DNA of 64,000 nt from Gammaproteobacteria bacterium (GTDB lineage Bacteria > Pseudomonadota > Gammaproteobacteria > JBCCGL01), in NCBI GenBank assembly GCA_965277715.1, contig OZ255836.1, positions 3,296,001 to 3,360,000 of the forward strand, given 5' to 3'. Each line of letters opens with the position of its first letter. The first letter of the stretch is position 1. Of this stretch, positions 41,098 to 50,855 are shown one piece after another. Position numbers and translations under genes: made by a program. The notes beneath the pieces are model-generated. The model was not told the DNA's origin, made no database searches, and was given only the letters and a program-made list of their open reading frames with translations.

Positions 41098-42057
41098 GTG
41101 GAAATTGCTACACTACAGCGCGCTTATGAGCGGGAGAAGGCCAAGAGGGTGCAAGCGGAATCATTGTTGGAGGATAAGTCGCGTGAGCTGTTCCTTTCTT
41201 ACGAGGCGTTACAAAAATCCCACAATGAAATAAAGCAGGCTCACGAGGAATTAATACTCAAGCAGAAGCAGTTGGTTCAATCTGAAAAGATGGCCTCGCT
41301 GGGTATTATTTCAGCGGGTGTCGCCCACGAGATAAACAACCCGATTGGGTTTGTGCTGAGTAATATTGTTACGCTTGGCGAAAATGTTGCTGTATTTACT
41401 ACGCTTTGCGAAAAGCTTGGTGTGCTTATTGACAAATGCAATGCCGGAGAGACAGTGGCTGAGGCGATTAATGCGCTGGCTGCATTTTCCGAACAGGAGG
41501 ATTTGGCATTTCTTATTGAGGATGGCCAAACACTGATCGATGAAACCACAGAGGGTATTGTGCGTGTGCGCGATATTGTTGCCGGGTTAAAATCTTTTGC
41601 GCGTGTTGATACTGGGGAAAAAGAAAGTGCGAATATTAACGAATGCATCGAGTCCACGTTAAAAATACTGGGTAATCAGACAAAATATACCTGCACGGTG
41701 GAAAAACAATTAGGTGATATTCCTGTTATTCACTGTTTTCCCGGTAAGCTTAATCAGGTGTTTATGAATCTTATTGTTAATGCGGTGCACGCTGTCGGTG
41801 ATGGCGGGGTGATTCGCATTGCGTCGGTATGGGAAAATAATCAGGTGGTTATTAGGATTGCTGATAATGGTAAGGGGATTCCGGCTGAAAATATCCCCAA
41901 TCTGTTTACGCCGTTTTTTACCACTAAACCGGTTGGGGAGGGGACGGGGCTTGGGCTGTCGATATCAATGGGGATTGTTGAAGAGCATGGTGGTGCTATT
42001 GATGTTAACAGTGAGGTGGGTAAAGGTACGGTATTTACTGTAAGGCTGCCTGGTTGA
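41098..42057 (+). CDS. Soluble histidine kinase associated with H-NOX, copy 1
   Basis: AHEINNP H-box, NQVFMNLIVNA, DNGKG, FTPFFTTK, GTGLGL. Confidence 0.95.
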   Translation: MEIATLQRAYEREKAKRVQAESLLEDKSRELFLSYEALQKSHNEIKQAHEELILKQKQLVQSEKMASLGIISAGVAHEINNPIGFVLSNIVTLGENVAVFTTLCEKLGVLIDKCNAGETVAEAINALAAFSEQEDLAFLIEDGQTLIDETTEGIVRVRDIVAGLKSFARVDTGEKESANINECIESTLKILGNQTKYTCTVEKQLGDIPVIHCFPGKLNQVFMNLIVNAVHAVGDGGVIRIASVWENNQVVIRIADNGKGIPAENIPNLFTPFFTTKPVGEGTGLGLSISMGIVEEHGGAIDVNSEVGKGTVFTVRLPG

Positions 42058-42269
42058 TTATTTAGGGGGGCTTTCAATTATGATGTTTCACCACTGCTGT
42101 CCCGTTAACTTTCATAGCAACACCATTTGATTAATATCAGGCATACCATCTTGTATTGGATCACCACGGAGTAATGTCATGAAGTTATGCCTTGGCGTCA
42201 GGCTTTGGCAGCGTTGCAGTAATCTTCCAAAGCGTGCCTCGTATAATTCGCATGGCTTGCTCTCATTTT

Positions 42270-42653
42270 ACCCACTGATAAACCTTCACTTAATCGCTGT
42301 ACAGCGAGTGTGTTGACAGCTTGTTGGCAGGACTGATCTGCACTCATTGTTTGGTATAAAAACAGCGATAAGGTGTCTAGAGGAGGATAGCGACGCGCTC
42401 GAAAATCCGGTTGTAATTCTTCCAGCTTCGTAAGTAACTGAGAGGATGTCAGCAAGTGATAAAAACTCAATGCATCCGAGGATTGAGTTCGGCTTTTGAT
42501 GCGACGTTGAAGAATGTTGACTTTTACATTACTCTGCATGATGGCTGGTTCCTGTGGGATAAAGGGTATTTGTGTTGGCAACAAATAACCTACCATAGAA
42601 CCAGCTTTTTTTGTAATTACTTCAAATACTTACAGCTTAATGAAGTGCCATTC
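42270..42653 (-). mobile_element. IS4-family left end with truncated transposase, copy 1
   Basis: TIR GAATGGCACTTCATTAAG ending at 42653; RARRYPPLDTLSLFL.Q.MSADQSCQQAV N-terminal IS4 motif; inner limit approximate. Confidence 0.75.
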
Positions 42654-42672
42654 TGCCTTGACCCCTTTTTTC

Positions 42673-43439
42673 TCCACACACACAATTTTATCATGCAGAC
42701 AATCCGCTTTGGTAACGGCATTAAAACAAGCAAGGCCATCCGATATCACTGTTGTACCCGGTTCAATATGCTGCTTCGCCCACGCTTCAATCGCGTCACT
42801 ACGAAATCCCTCAACAACATTTAATTTTATGCGTATAGGTTGGCTGTTGGCTGTCGTTTCAACCGCCGCTACAAATGCTGTTTTCCCTTTTGCACCGCGT
42901 CCTCTCTTGCAACCTGAATGCTCACCCCCTAAATAAGCATCATCGAGTTCAACTAATCCTGATAACGGTTTTGATTCATCACGTTCATACATCACTTGCA
43001 TGATCTTGTGCTTTATATGCCAAGCGGCTTTATAGGAAATACCTAGATGCCTGTGTAACGCCATTGCAGACAGGCCTTTTTTATCTTGGGCAATCAAATA
43101 CAGTGCTTGAAACCAACAGGTTAACGGGCGTTTTGTGGCTTGAAAAATCGTACCGGCTGTAATCGATGTTTGGTGGTGGCAGCGATAGCACTGTTGGAGC
43201 TTACGTGTGGTTAATTGACACCCTTTATTATGTCCACAATTGGAACAGATAAACCCTTGGGGTCAGCGCCAATTGTAGCGTGCTGTAAAACACTGTTCCT
43301 CTGTGCCATAGGACTCAATGAAACGACTTAAGCTAAGGCCCATTTGAAACTGTACCGTATTGCGAGACATCATAAAAACCAATTAATTCAATAGCTTGTA
43401 TTTTATCATAGAGTAAGCTTAGCTTGGGTGGTAACTAGG
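42673..43439 (-). mobile_element. IS1595-family transposase pseudogene (internal stop, 3' truncated)
   Basis: MSRNTVQFQ..zinc finger, VELDDAYLGG, KRGRGAKGKTAF, VISDGL; in-frame TGA at 43263-65; left end near 43439. Confidence 0.88.
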
Positions 43440-43513
43440 AAATATTATGATCGATAATTTGGAAATTTATACGATTAGAAAATGGCACGCTACATTTTCA
43501 TCTTTTAAATAGT

Positions 43514-43532
43514 AAATAACTAGCCTGACCCC
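43514..43532 (+). repeat. Solo copy of the Y1-element terminal repeat
   Basis: AAATAACTAGCCTGACCCC, exact reverse complement of 50856-50874. Confidence 0.9.
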
Positions 43533-43539
43533 TTTTTCC

Positions 43540-44162
43540 ATCACCCTGGCCTCGGCATCCCGGTGGCGTTTTAGCTTAAACAATGCATCGCTACGGCCTG
43601 TGTGATAGTGGGCATTCTGGTGGTGAAGCATCAAGCCTTCACCGCCGTTGTCTACCAGTGTATCCAGTATCGCCATTAACGCCTTGTGACTGTCTACCCG
43701 AAACTGCTTTACTGCACGTAAATGCGGGTTATTGGCCACCTCGACGATATGATTAATTTTTTTAATGCGATCAGAAAAATTCCCCACAGCCCCCGGCAGT
43801 TCAAATACATAATAATTAACGAACCGCCATTCATCTTCGATAGGTGCACGTTTTTTAACGGTGCTGACAGTGCGCTCGAAACTGTTTCTGTCGATCCATA
43901 ATTCGCCGTCGAGTGGTGTGTTGGGGAAATTCCGGGTAAACCAATCCGGTGGGTAAAAGCGGTTGCCCTGTCTGGATACCAGGAATGTCCCGTTCCAATA
44001 GGCACGCACCCCGTCGAGTTTTTCGCTCACCCAGTAATCCTGTGCATTGACACCGGGGTGAAATTTTTTAGCGTGTATCAGTTCTGGGGCCGTGTTGGCC
44101 AGTGCTGTACCCAACAGCAGGGCATTGAATAGCACAGCGATGAGGCAATCAATCCTTTTCAT
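43540..44162 (-). pseudogene. 3'-truncated copy of the ATP-dependent DNA ligase (OB domain lost)
   Basis: Near-identical up to DAEARV, then reads into the repeat (MEKGVRLVIY). Confidence 0.9.
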
Positions 44163-44284
44163 GGTGCGTCCTTTGGTTCGGTTGCGTTGTGATAGGCACA
44201 CCATAATGCCATAGAACAATGAAAAATCCGAATTGTTGGCTACACTCAAGAGACACTTTGTTCCGGTTGGTAAGGGGAAAGCCT

Positions 44285-44821
44285 GTGAAAGGTATTGTGT
44301 TTACATTACTTAATGAAATGGTCGAAGAACAGTTTGGGCTTGAAGCGTGGGATCAATTAATTACCCAGTCGGGATCAGACGGTCTGTATATATCAACTGA
44401 GACGTATACCGATGAAGAACTGATGCGTTTGGTGGCGACAGCCAGTGAGATGACGGGTATCGCCGTAAATGACCTTGTCCGGGCATTTGGCACGTATATG
44501 TTTCCTCATTTTTACGCGAAATACCCGGTTTTTTTTAAACCCGATATGACGTTAAAATCTTTTCTATTAACCGTCGATAGGGTTATTCATGTCGAAGTGC
44601 GAAAACTGTACCCGGACGCTGGGCTGCCCAATTTTGACTATAAGGATGAGAACGATAACGAGTTGACGATGATCTACAGCTCACCGAGGAAGCTGTGTGC
44701 GTTGGCGGAAGGGTTGATTGCCGGAGCGGCCAAGCACTTTGGCACGCAATACACAATGGAACACACGGTTTGTATGCACAAGGGTGATGATTGTTGCCAT
44801 TTGAAAATGACTCTGGGGTAA
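44285..44821 (+). CDS. H-NOX protein, copy 2
   Basis: One substitution (FGAY to FGTY) relative to copy 1. Confidence 0.92.
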   Translation: MKGIVFTLLNEMVEEQFGLEAWDQLITQSGSDGLYISTETYTDEELMRLVATASEMTGIAVNDLVRAFGTYMFPHFYAKYPVFFKPDMTLKSFLLTVDRVIHVEVRKLYPDAGLPNFDYKDENDNELTMIYSSPRKLCALAEGLIAGAAKHFGTQYTMEHTVCMHKGDDCCHLKMTLG

Positions 44822-44828
44822 GTGAACG

Positions 44829-45788
44829 GTGGAAATTGCTACACTACAGCGCGCTTATGAGCGGGAGAAGGCCAAGAGGGTGCAAGCGGAATCATTGTTG
44901 GAGGATAAGTCGCGTGAGCTGTTCCTTTCTTACGAGGCGTTACAAAAATCCCACAATGAAATAAAGCAGGCTCACGAGGAATTAATACTCAAGCAGAAGC
45001 AGTTGGTTCAATCTGAAAAGATGGCCTCGCTGGGTATTATTTCAGCGGGTGTCGCCCACGAGATAAACAACCCGATTGGGTTTGTGCTGAGTAATATTGT
45101 TACGCTTGGCGAAAATGTTGCTGTATTTACTACGCTTTGCGAAAAGCTTGGTGTGCTTATTGACAAATGCAATGCCGGAGAGACAGTGGCTGAGGCGATT
45201 AATGCGCTGGCTGCATTTTCCGAACAGGAGGATTTGGCATTTCTTATTGAGGATGGCCAAACACTGATCGATGAAACCACAGAGGGTATTGTGCGTGTGC
45301 GCGATATTGTTGCCGGGTTAAAATCTTTTGCGCGTGTTGATACCGGGGAAAAAGAAAGTGCGAATATTAACGAATGCATCGAGTCCACGTTAAAAATACT
45401 GGGTAATCAGACAAAATATACCTGCACGGTGGAAAAACAATTAGGTGATATTCCTGTTATTCACTGTTTTCCCGGTAAGCTTAATCAGGTGTTTATGAAT
45501 CTTATTGTTAATGCAGTGCACGCTGTCGGTGATGGCGGGGTGATTCGCATTGCGTCGGTATGGGAAAATAATCAGGTGGTTATTAGGATTGCTGATAATG
45601 GTAAGGGGATTCCGGCTGAAAATATCCCCAATCTGTTTACGCCGTTTTTTACCACTAAACCGGTTGGGGAGGGGACGGGGCTTGGGCTGTCGATATCAAT
45701 GGGGATTGTTGAAGAGCATGGTGGTGCTATTGATGTTAACAGTGAGGTGGGTAAAGGTACGGTATTTACTGTAAGGCTGCCTGGTTGA
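44829..45788 (+). CDS. Histidine kinase, copy 2
   Basis: Protein identical to copy 1. Confidence 0.95.
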   Translation: MEIATLQRAYEREKAKRVQAESLLEDKSRELFLSYEALQKSHNEIKQAHEELILKQKQLVQSEKMASLGIISAGVAHEINNPIGFVLSNIVTLGENVAVFTTLCEKLGVLIDKCNAGETVAEAINALAAFSEQEDLAFLIEDGQTLIDETTEGIVRVRDIVAGLKSFARVDTGEKESANINECIESTLKILGNQTKYTCTVEKQLGDIPVIHCFPGKLNQVFMNLIVNAVHAVGDGGVIRIASVWENNQVVIRIADNGKGIPAENIPNLFTPFFTTKPVGEGTGLGLSISMGIVEEHGGAIDVNSEVGKGTVFTVRLPG

Positions 45789-46000
45789 TTATTTAGGGGG
45801 GCTTTCAATTATGATGTTTCACCACTGCTGTCCCGTTAACTTTCATAGTAACTTCATTTGATTAATATCAGGCATACCATCTTGTATTGGATCACCACGG
45901 AGTAATGCCATGAAGTTATGCCTTGGCGTCAGGCTTTGGCAGCGTTGCAGTAATCTCCCAAAGCGTGCCTCGTATAATTCGCATGGCTTGTTCTCATTTT

Positions 46001-46384
46001 ACCCACTGATAAACCTTCACTTAATCGCTGTACAGCGAGTGTGTTGACAGCTTGTTGGCAGGACTGATCTGCACTCATTGTTTGGTATAAAAACAGCGAT
46101 AAGGTGTCTAGAGGAGGATAGCGACGCGCTCGAAAATCCGGTTGTAATTCTTCCAGTTTCGTAAGTAACTGAGAGGATGTCAGCAAGTGATAAAAACTCA
46201 ATGCATCCGAGGATTGAGCTCGGCTTTTGATGCGACGTTGAAGAATGTTGACTTTTACATTACTCTGCATGATAGCTGGTTCCTGTGGGATAAAGGGTAT
46301 TTGTGTTGGCAATAAATAACCTACCATAGAACCAGCTTTTTTTGTAATTACTTCAAATACTTACAGCTTAAGGAAGTGCCATTC
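46001..46384 (-). mobile_element. IS4-family left end with truncated transposase, copy 2
   Basis: TIR GAATGGCACTTCCTTAAG ending at 46384. Confidence 0.75.
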
Positions 46385-46403
46385 AGGATTGACCCCTTTT
46401 TTC

Positions 46404-46471
46404 TTTGCCGTAAAAACGCTGTATATCCTCATTAACCCCTTGGTCTACATAGTCTGTGTAACGTTGACAGT
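46404..46471 (-). repeat. 68-bp internal fragment of the Y1 transposase gene
   Basis: Reverse complement of 51409-51476 with 2 mismatches. Confidence 0.92.
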
Positions 46472-46475
46472 TTCA

Positions 46476-46937
46476 TTACTTTGACTTGGCAACTAATACA
46501 CCAAGGCCAACAATTATTGCACCTACGATAACCCCTACCCAAAACTTGTCCACTTTTATTTTTTCTGAAATAACCTCTATTTTTTGATGTAGCAACTCAG
46601 GGGCGGAATTTATGTCTATTGCTTGGTGGTTGCCTACCCATCCGGGTAATTCTTCAGGGGTAATATCTATTAGTACTGGGATGATGTTTTTTTCTTGAAT
46701 TAGAGATGCCCCAAGTTCTTGCTGGACAGCAGCTGATTTTATTGAGCTTTTAGTTGCTAAAAAGAACACCCATTTAGCTTCATCTAAATGTTTGAATACT
46801 GCGTCAGTCCAGTTACTACCTGGCTTGATAGATATACCAGCTAAGAAAGTATCGATGCCAGCCATTGATGTCATGGTATGTAAATTTTTAGCTAGAGATT
46901 CATCTTTTACCGAATAACTAATAAATGCTGTTGCCAT
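46476..46937 (-). CDS. TIR-domain protein with C-terminal TM helix (cassette 3)
   Basis: AFISYS..D box 1, S.AVQQELG catalytic-Glu region, IIPV; C-terminal FWVGVIVGAIIVGLGVLV. Confidence 0.88.
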   Translation of the reverse strand: MATAFISYSVKDESLAKNLHTMTSMAGIDTFLAGISIKPGSNWTDAVFKHLDEAKWVFFLATKSSIKSAAVQQELGASLIQEKNIIPVLIDITPEELPGWVGNHQAIDINSAPELLHQKIEVISEKIKVDKFWVGVIVGAIIVGLGVLVAKSK

Positions 46938-46962
46938 GTGATGCCCTTATTTTGTTGAAGAA

Positions 46963-47010
46963 ATATAACGCTGCGTTCACCGGCTTGTCCGGTGCAACGC
47001 CTTGTTATAC
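46963..47010 (-). other. Integron attC site (48 bp)
   Basis: GTATAAC-AAGGC-GTTGCACCGG-ACAAG-CCGGTGAAC-GCAGC-GTTATAT: R''/R' boxes, paired L boxes with one unpaired base. Confidence 0.8.
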
Positions 47011-47012
47011 TA

Positions 47013-47519
47013 TTATCTGGTCATGGTCTCAGCAAGACAATGGATTACCTCTTTTCCATCCTCATAAGCCTGAACCACCTCTCTGTATGTGGTAATTGAA
47101 TTGATTTTCCCTTCATGAGCAAAGTCGTTTCGCCAAGTGATTAAATTCGCATATGAGTTTGCTAAGTCTCTCTTATTTGTAACCAAGTAGGATTTAGAGG
47201 CCTTACCGAGTTTTCTCTTAAACCTTTTTTGATACTTATCGCCAAACTTTGAGATATATTCATCACGGATGACGTTTATTTTTATTTTCCCATTTATCCT
47301 ATGAAAATATGCTTCTGTAAAGTTGCCCAGCACCTTGTGCTTTCTTTGTGAAAAATTAATAAATATTTCTTTTACTGCTTGTTCATATACAGTAACAGCA
47401 GCGACTGACACAAAGCCTACATATTTGGCTTGCAATAGCGAGTCAGTAATGGATGGCATTACTGTATCAAGGTGCGTAATGACATCATCAGCATGCTGAA
47501 AATGATCTACGTAACTCAT
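47013..47519 (-). CDS. HEPN-domain nuclease (cassette 2, gene 2)
   Basis: WRNDFAHEG (RxxxxH) and upstream YEQAVKE helix. Confidence 0.82.
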   Translation of the reverse strand: MSYVDHFQHADDVITHLDTVMPSITDSLLQAKYVGFVSVAAVTVYEQAVKEIFINFSQRKHKVLGNFTEAYFHRINGKIKINVIRDEYISKFGDKYQKRFKRKLGKASKSYLVTNKRDLANSYANLITWRNDFAHEGKINSITTYREVVQAYEDGKEVIHCLAETMTR

Positions 47520-48605
47520 TTAGCCACCAAATAAAACGCATTTAACACGTTTCGTTCTGCTACTAACTGTTTTAATATCTGTAGTATTCACGCTTGTATC
47601 TTCTAAAAATTTTTCATCAACAATAAGTTTATTAAATCTTTCTGAAAGACTGAATTTAGATAGTTTGGAGTGGTTTTCAATCATTACAGACATAACAGAA
47701 TCCAAAGCAGAAATGTTAATTGGACCTCTTAAATTGAATGGTTTTTCTCCTAACTCAGAAATTATTTGCTCCGTGACTTCAGGAAATATCTTTAGAAAAT
47801 TAACCACTTTTTTAGTATTACCGCCTTGATGCTTCTTCATTGCCTTATTGAGATATTCTTTCATCGGCTTTTCGTATCCACCTTGTGAGCCAACAAGAGA
47901 AAATATCCTTAACAAAAGTTCGACATCTTTTTGGTGTTTATCTAGATTTTTCCTACCCAGGATCAAACGCCAGTTTGGATCTCTATTAGCTTCTTTTAAT
48001 AGACTGCTAAATTTACCTCGGAACACGCAGTTGCGAATCTCTTGAGGTTTTAACGGAGTTCCGCCAGTATTCAACCTTTCAAATATATGATAAGCACTGG
48101 TGCTCTCTCCAATCGGATTGAGCTGCCTAATATTAATGGCTCGCAATACTGCTTGTTTCAACTTCCTTTGGTCTGACTCACCCAAGTCTTCAAATTTTTT
48201 ACCATTGTAAGGATTGCCATCGCCAAGCCCTGAGAGTCTAAAAACCTGCCGTTTACCATGTGTACTTTCTTTTCCAAAGTATCCTTCCATAAAAAAAACG
48301 ATACTTAAAATCCTCTGCTGTCCATCAATAACAGAATTCATACTATTCTCGTCAATGTAGAAAAATACAGGCGGTACAGGTAGTCCGGCTAAAAAGGAAT
48401 CTACTAAAAGAGATGATTGCTTTATTCCCCAGACAAACTCGCGTTGGTAGTCCGGAATTTCAATATCTCCATCTTTCCACATCTGAGCAATACCGGATAA
48501 TGTATAGTCTGATGGGTAGCTTGCAATATCGTATTGAACCGTAACCGCATCCTCATCTTCTTCCACTTCGGTAGCTACGTCATCTTCCGCGAATTTTAAA
48601 TTCAT
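47520..48605 (-). CDS. DUF262 (GmrS/ParB-like) protein (cassette 2, gene 1)
   Basis: PDYQREFVW, VIDGQQR, IFERLNTGG..L.PQEIRN. Confidence 0.9.
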   Translation of the reverse strand: MNLKFAEDDVATEVEEDEDAVTVQYDIASYPSDYTLSGIAQMWKDGDIEIPDYQREFVWGIKQSSLLVDSFLAGLPVPPVFFYIDENSMNSVIDGQQRILSIVFFMEGYFGKESTHGKRQVFRLSGLGDGNPYNGKKFEDLGESDQRKLKQAVLRAINIRQLNPIGESTSAYHIFERLNTGGTPLKPQEIRNCVFRGKFSSLLKEANRDPNWRLILGRKNLDKHQKDVELLLRIFSLVGSQGGYEKPMKEYLNKAMKKHQGGNTKKVVNFLKIFPEVTEQIISELGEKPFNLRGPINISALDSVMSVMIENHSKLSKFSLSERFNKLIVDEKFLEDTSVNTTDIKTVSSRTKRVKCVLFGG

Positions 48606-48645
48606 ATATATAACTTATTAAAAAAATTTCTTAATCGAACCGTAA

Positions 48646-48707
48646 GCATAACGCCTACCATCAGCGGCGCGCACCTTTGGCGCGTCCGCTGGATGGTTTT
48701 GTTAGGG
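48646..48707 (-). other. Integron attC site (62 bp)
   Basis: CCCTAAC-AAAAC-CATCCAGCGGACGCGC..GCGCGCCGCTGATG-GTAGGC-GTTATGC with two unpaired bases. Confidence 0.88.
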
Positions 48708-50065
48708 CCTGATTTCAACTGCAAGAACACCACCATCAACTCGAGACGTGACTTGGCCGACATTTGGATTAGCATGGCTTATTGCTAGCGACTCTACCAA
48801 TTTGCTGCCTTTCATCTTGTTGACTTGAACGGAGTATCTTTCTTTCGGTTGATGTAATCCAGGTGGTGTGGCTAGGTTAAAAGAAAACGAAAGTTCTCCT
48901 GGGATGCCATTTTTTGAAACTTGGACAGGGCTAGTGTTTGTGTTTGGTAGGACTCTTTTCTTATTAGCGTTATATTGTAATTTAGCCAGCCTCTGCCCTT
49001 ACAACCTAACCAGGTTTTAAACGGGCCCCGGATGGCGCCACAACCACCAACCTTACCTCTCGCTAATACACAACGATTTCCGCTTGGTACCGTACCTTCA
49101 AAAGCAGAATGGCAGCTTTCGCCGGTTACTGAGACATCTGCTCTGATCAATGTTCCAGGGCCACTAATACACCATTCGCGGTCTACCCTATAGCTATCAT
49201 CACATATGCTACTTCCAGTATTTGCAAAAGGCTGTACTGGCTCTGCTACCTCTCTAAATGCTGTGTGCTCTACATGAGTAGAACCTGAAAGCTCATAGCG
49301 AAAAGGGGGTTCAAGAACAGTCAAACCAATTGGGCTTGAGCTAGCTGTGGCTGTATTTTCATGGCAACCGAGAACCCCCCATAACCACAAAGAACGGCTT
49401 ATTTCTTCAAGATTATCTACTTTAACGCTAACAATAACGTCGTTTTGATCTGCGGATTCCACTACAGATTTCGATATCTCAACAGATATTGCTGAGTCAA
49501 GGCGTTCAATAATTCTTGCCTCTATACCATTGACCAAAACCTTTAGGTTTTCTCCTTGGCGTAAAAAATTACCTTTTAGTGTTAATTTAGGAATGTCTTG
49601 GCCCACTTGTAATGTTGGAGGAAAGGAAGCAACAACTCTCGGCTTAGAATCTCTGCAAGGTAACGAATAACTTGTGTTGTATGCCAATATGTCCGCATCG
49701 ACTATAGTTGTTCTTGCTTCTTCACCAGCTTTCGCAATTATTTTCTGAGTTGCGACTTTCATGGTTCGAGTTAACTCTTGAGCATCTTCTACTAGCCTTA
49801 ATTCTGCCCCTTCGAGTTTATCTACAGTGTATTCCAGTTTGTGACCTAGCATTCTGTCAATGTCAGCTAGTACATTTTGCGCATTAGCCTGTAATGAGTT
49901 TCCTATGCTTTGAATGTCTTCGGTTCCTTCGTACATTGCTTCTCGAAATGACTCTATAAATCCTTCCAAAGTACTTTTTATAGCTAGAATAGTCAGAGGT
50001 TCCGCGGATACGGTATTTGAAGCCATTAATGTAATAGCGCAGATAAATAGACGTAATTTTTTCAT
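48702..50065 (-). pseudogene. Secreted Cys-rich hypothetical protein (cassette 1), frameshifted near 48940
   Basis: Signal peptide; ORF stops at 48872, but a second frame stays open from about 48940 to the TAA inside the attC R'' box. Confidence 0.7.
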
Positions 50066-50095
50066 TTGATCATTTCTACTTTGGTTTTTTTATTA

Positions 50096-50112
50096 CCCTA
50101 ACAGTATTTTAC
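50096..50112 (-). other. attI-like recombination site
   Basis: Minus strand GTAAAA-TACT-GTTAGGG, same spacing as attI1 (CTAAAA-CAAA-GTTRRRY); GTTAGGG is complementary to the CCCTAAC of the first attC. Confidence 0.6.
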
Positions 50113-50339
50113 AAAGGCCAAAGACCTCTGTAACATTATTATGAGGTGACCTCTTAATTCTTCCCAAGTATTGAGAAATTTTTGTAAGTGGCTGATTCAT
50201 ATCACTATATTTTTCTCATTTTGATACTAAAAACAATACAGAAGTCTTTGATATTTAGTATTATTGTTTTTTAGCTACAGTTAGAGTAGCAGAAAATTTC
50301 AGGGGCAGCCAATTTTAATTAATTTTTTTAATTCTTAAC

Positions 50340-50505
50340 CTTGAAAGCGATGGTATCGACTACGCTATTGCTGGTGACTATGCTGTAGCGTTACACGGGG
50401 TTATCCGTGGCACGATTTCGGCAGGCGTTGGCAAACCATGATCAGAATATCGAGGACATAAAGACCTTACGTTTGCTGAAAGAAGACGATGAAAACAAAA
50501 AGAAC
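50340..50505 (+). pseudogene. Nucleotidyltransferase gene remnant
   Basis: LESDGIDYAIAGDYAVALHGVIRGT followed by a deletion and EDIKTLR tail. Confidence 0.6.
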
Positions 50506-50514
50506 AAAAAGGGG

Positions 50515-50850
50515 TCAATCGTATTTAATATTTTTCAAACGGTTGCAAACCTGCTCAAACACGCCCTTCAAGCCGCCGTCTGACAGCCCACTCTTTACAT
50601 AATCAATTGCAGGAGAAAGGCTACTAACACGACTATATCCAAACATATCAACCAGCGTTTTTAACGGCATATCCCCCAATTGCTGACAACAATATATCGC
50701 TACTTTACGAGGCAGATTCGCCCGTTGTCTCCCCCGCTGTCGCGTAAGTACATCACTCGCGTTAACGCCAAACACCGCTGCCACTGCATCGACTATAGCT
50801 GCACCCTTTGGCTTGTTCGTCACAATATGGGACAAGTCCCCCGATATGTG
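50515..50850 (-). pseudogene. C-terminal (DnaA-C-like HTH) fragment of a second, diverged Y1 transposase
   Basis: ANLPRKVAIYCCQQLGDMPLK resembles ANIPRKLAMYYCQRFGDMSLK of 50901-51869; stop TGA lies in the TGACCCC motif. Confidence 0.8.
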
Positions 50851-50855
50851 GAAAA

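Larger units (their letters stand above)
39809..42670. repeat. 2.86-kb direct repeat, copy 1
   Basis: Aligns with 43540-46401 at constant offset 3731 with scattered substitutions. Confidence 0.97.
43540..46401. repeat. 2.86-kb direct repeat, copy 2
   Basis: Aligns with 39809-42670; begins 8 bp after the TGACCCC motif. Confidence 0.97.

Noticed and set aside
43259-43265. TGACCCC coinciding with the stop codon in the IS1595 transposase
   Set aside because: Reading frame continues colinearly on both sides; simplest explanation is a TGG to TGA point mutation
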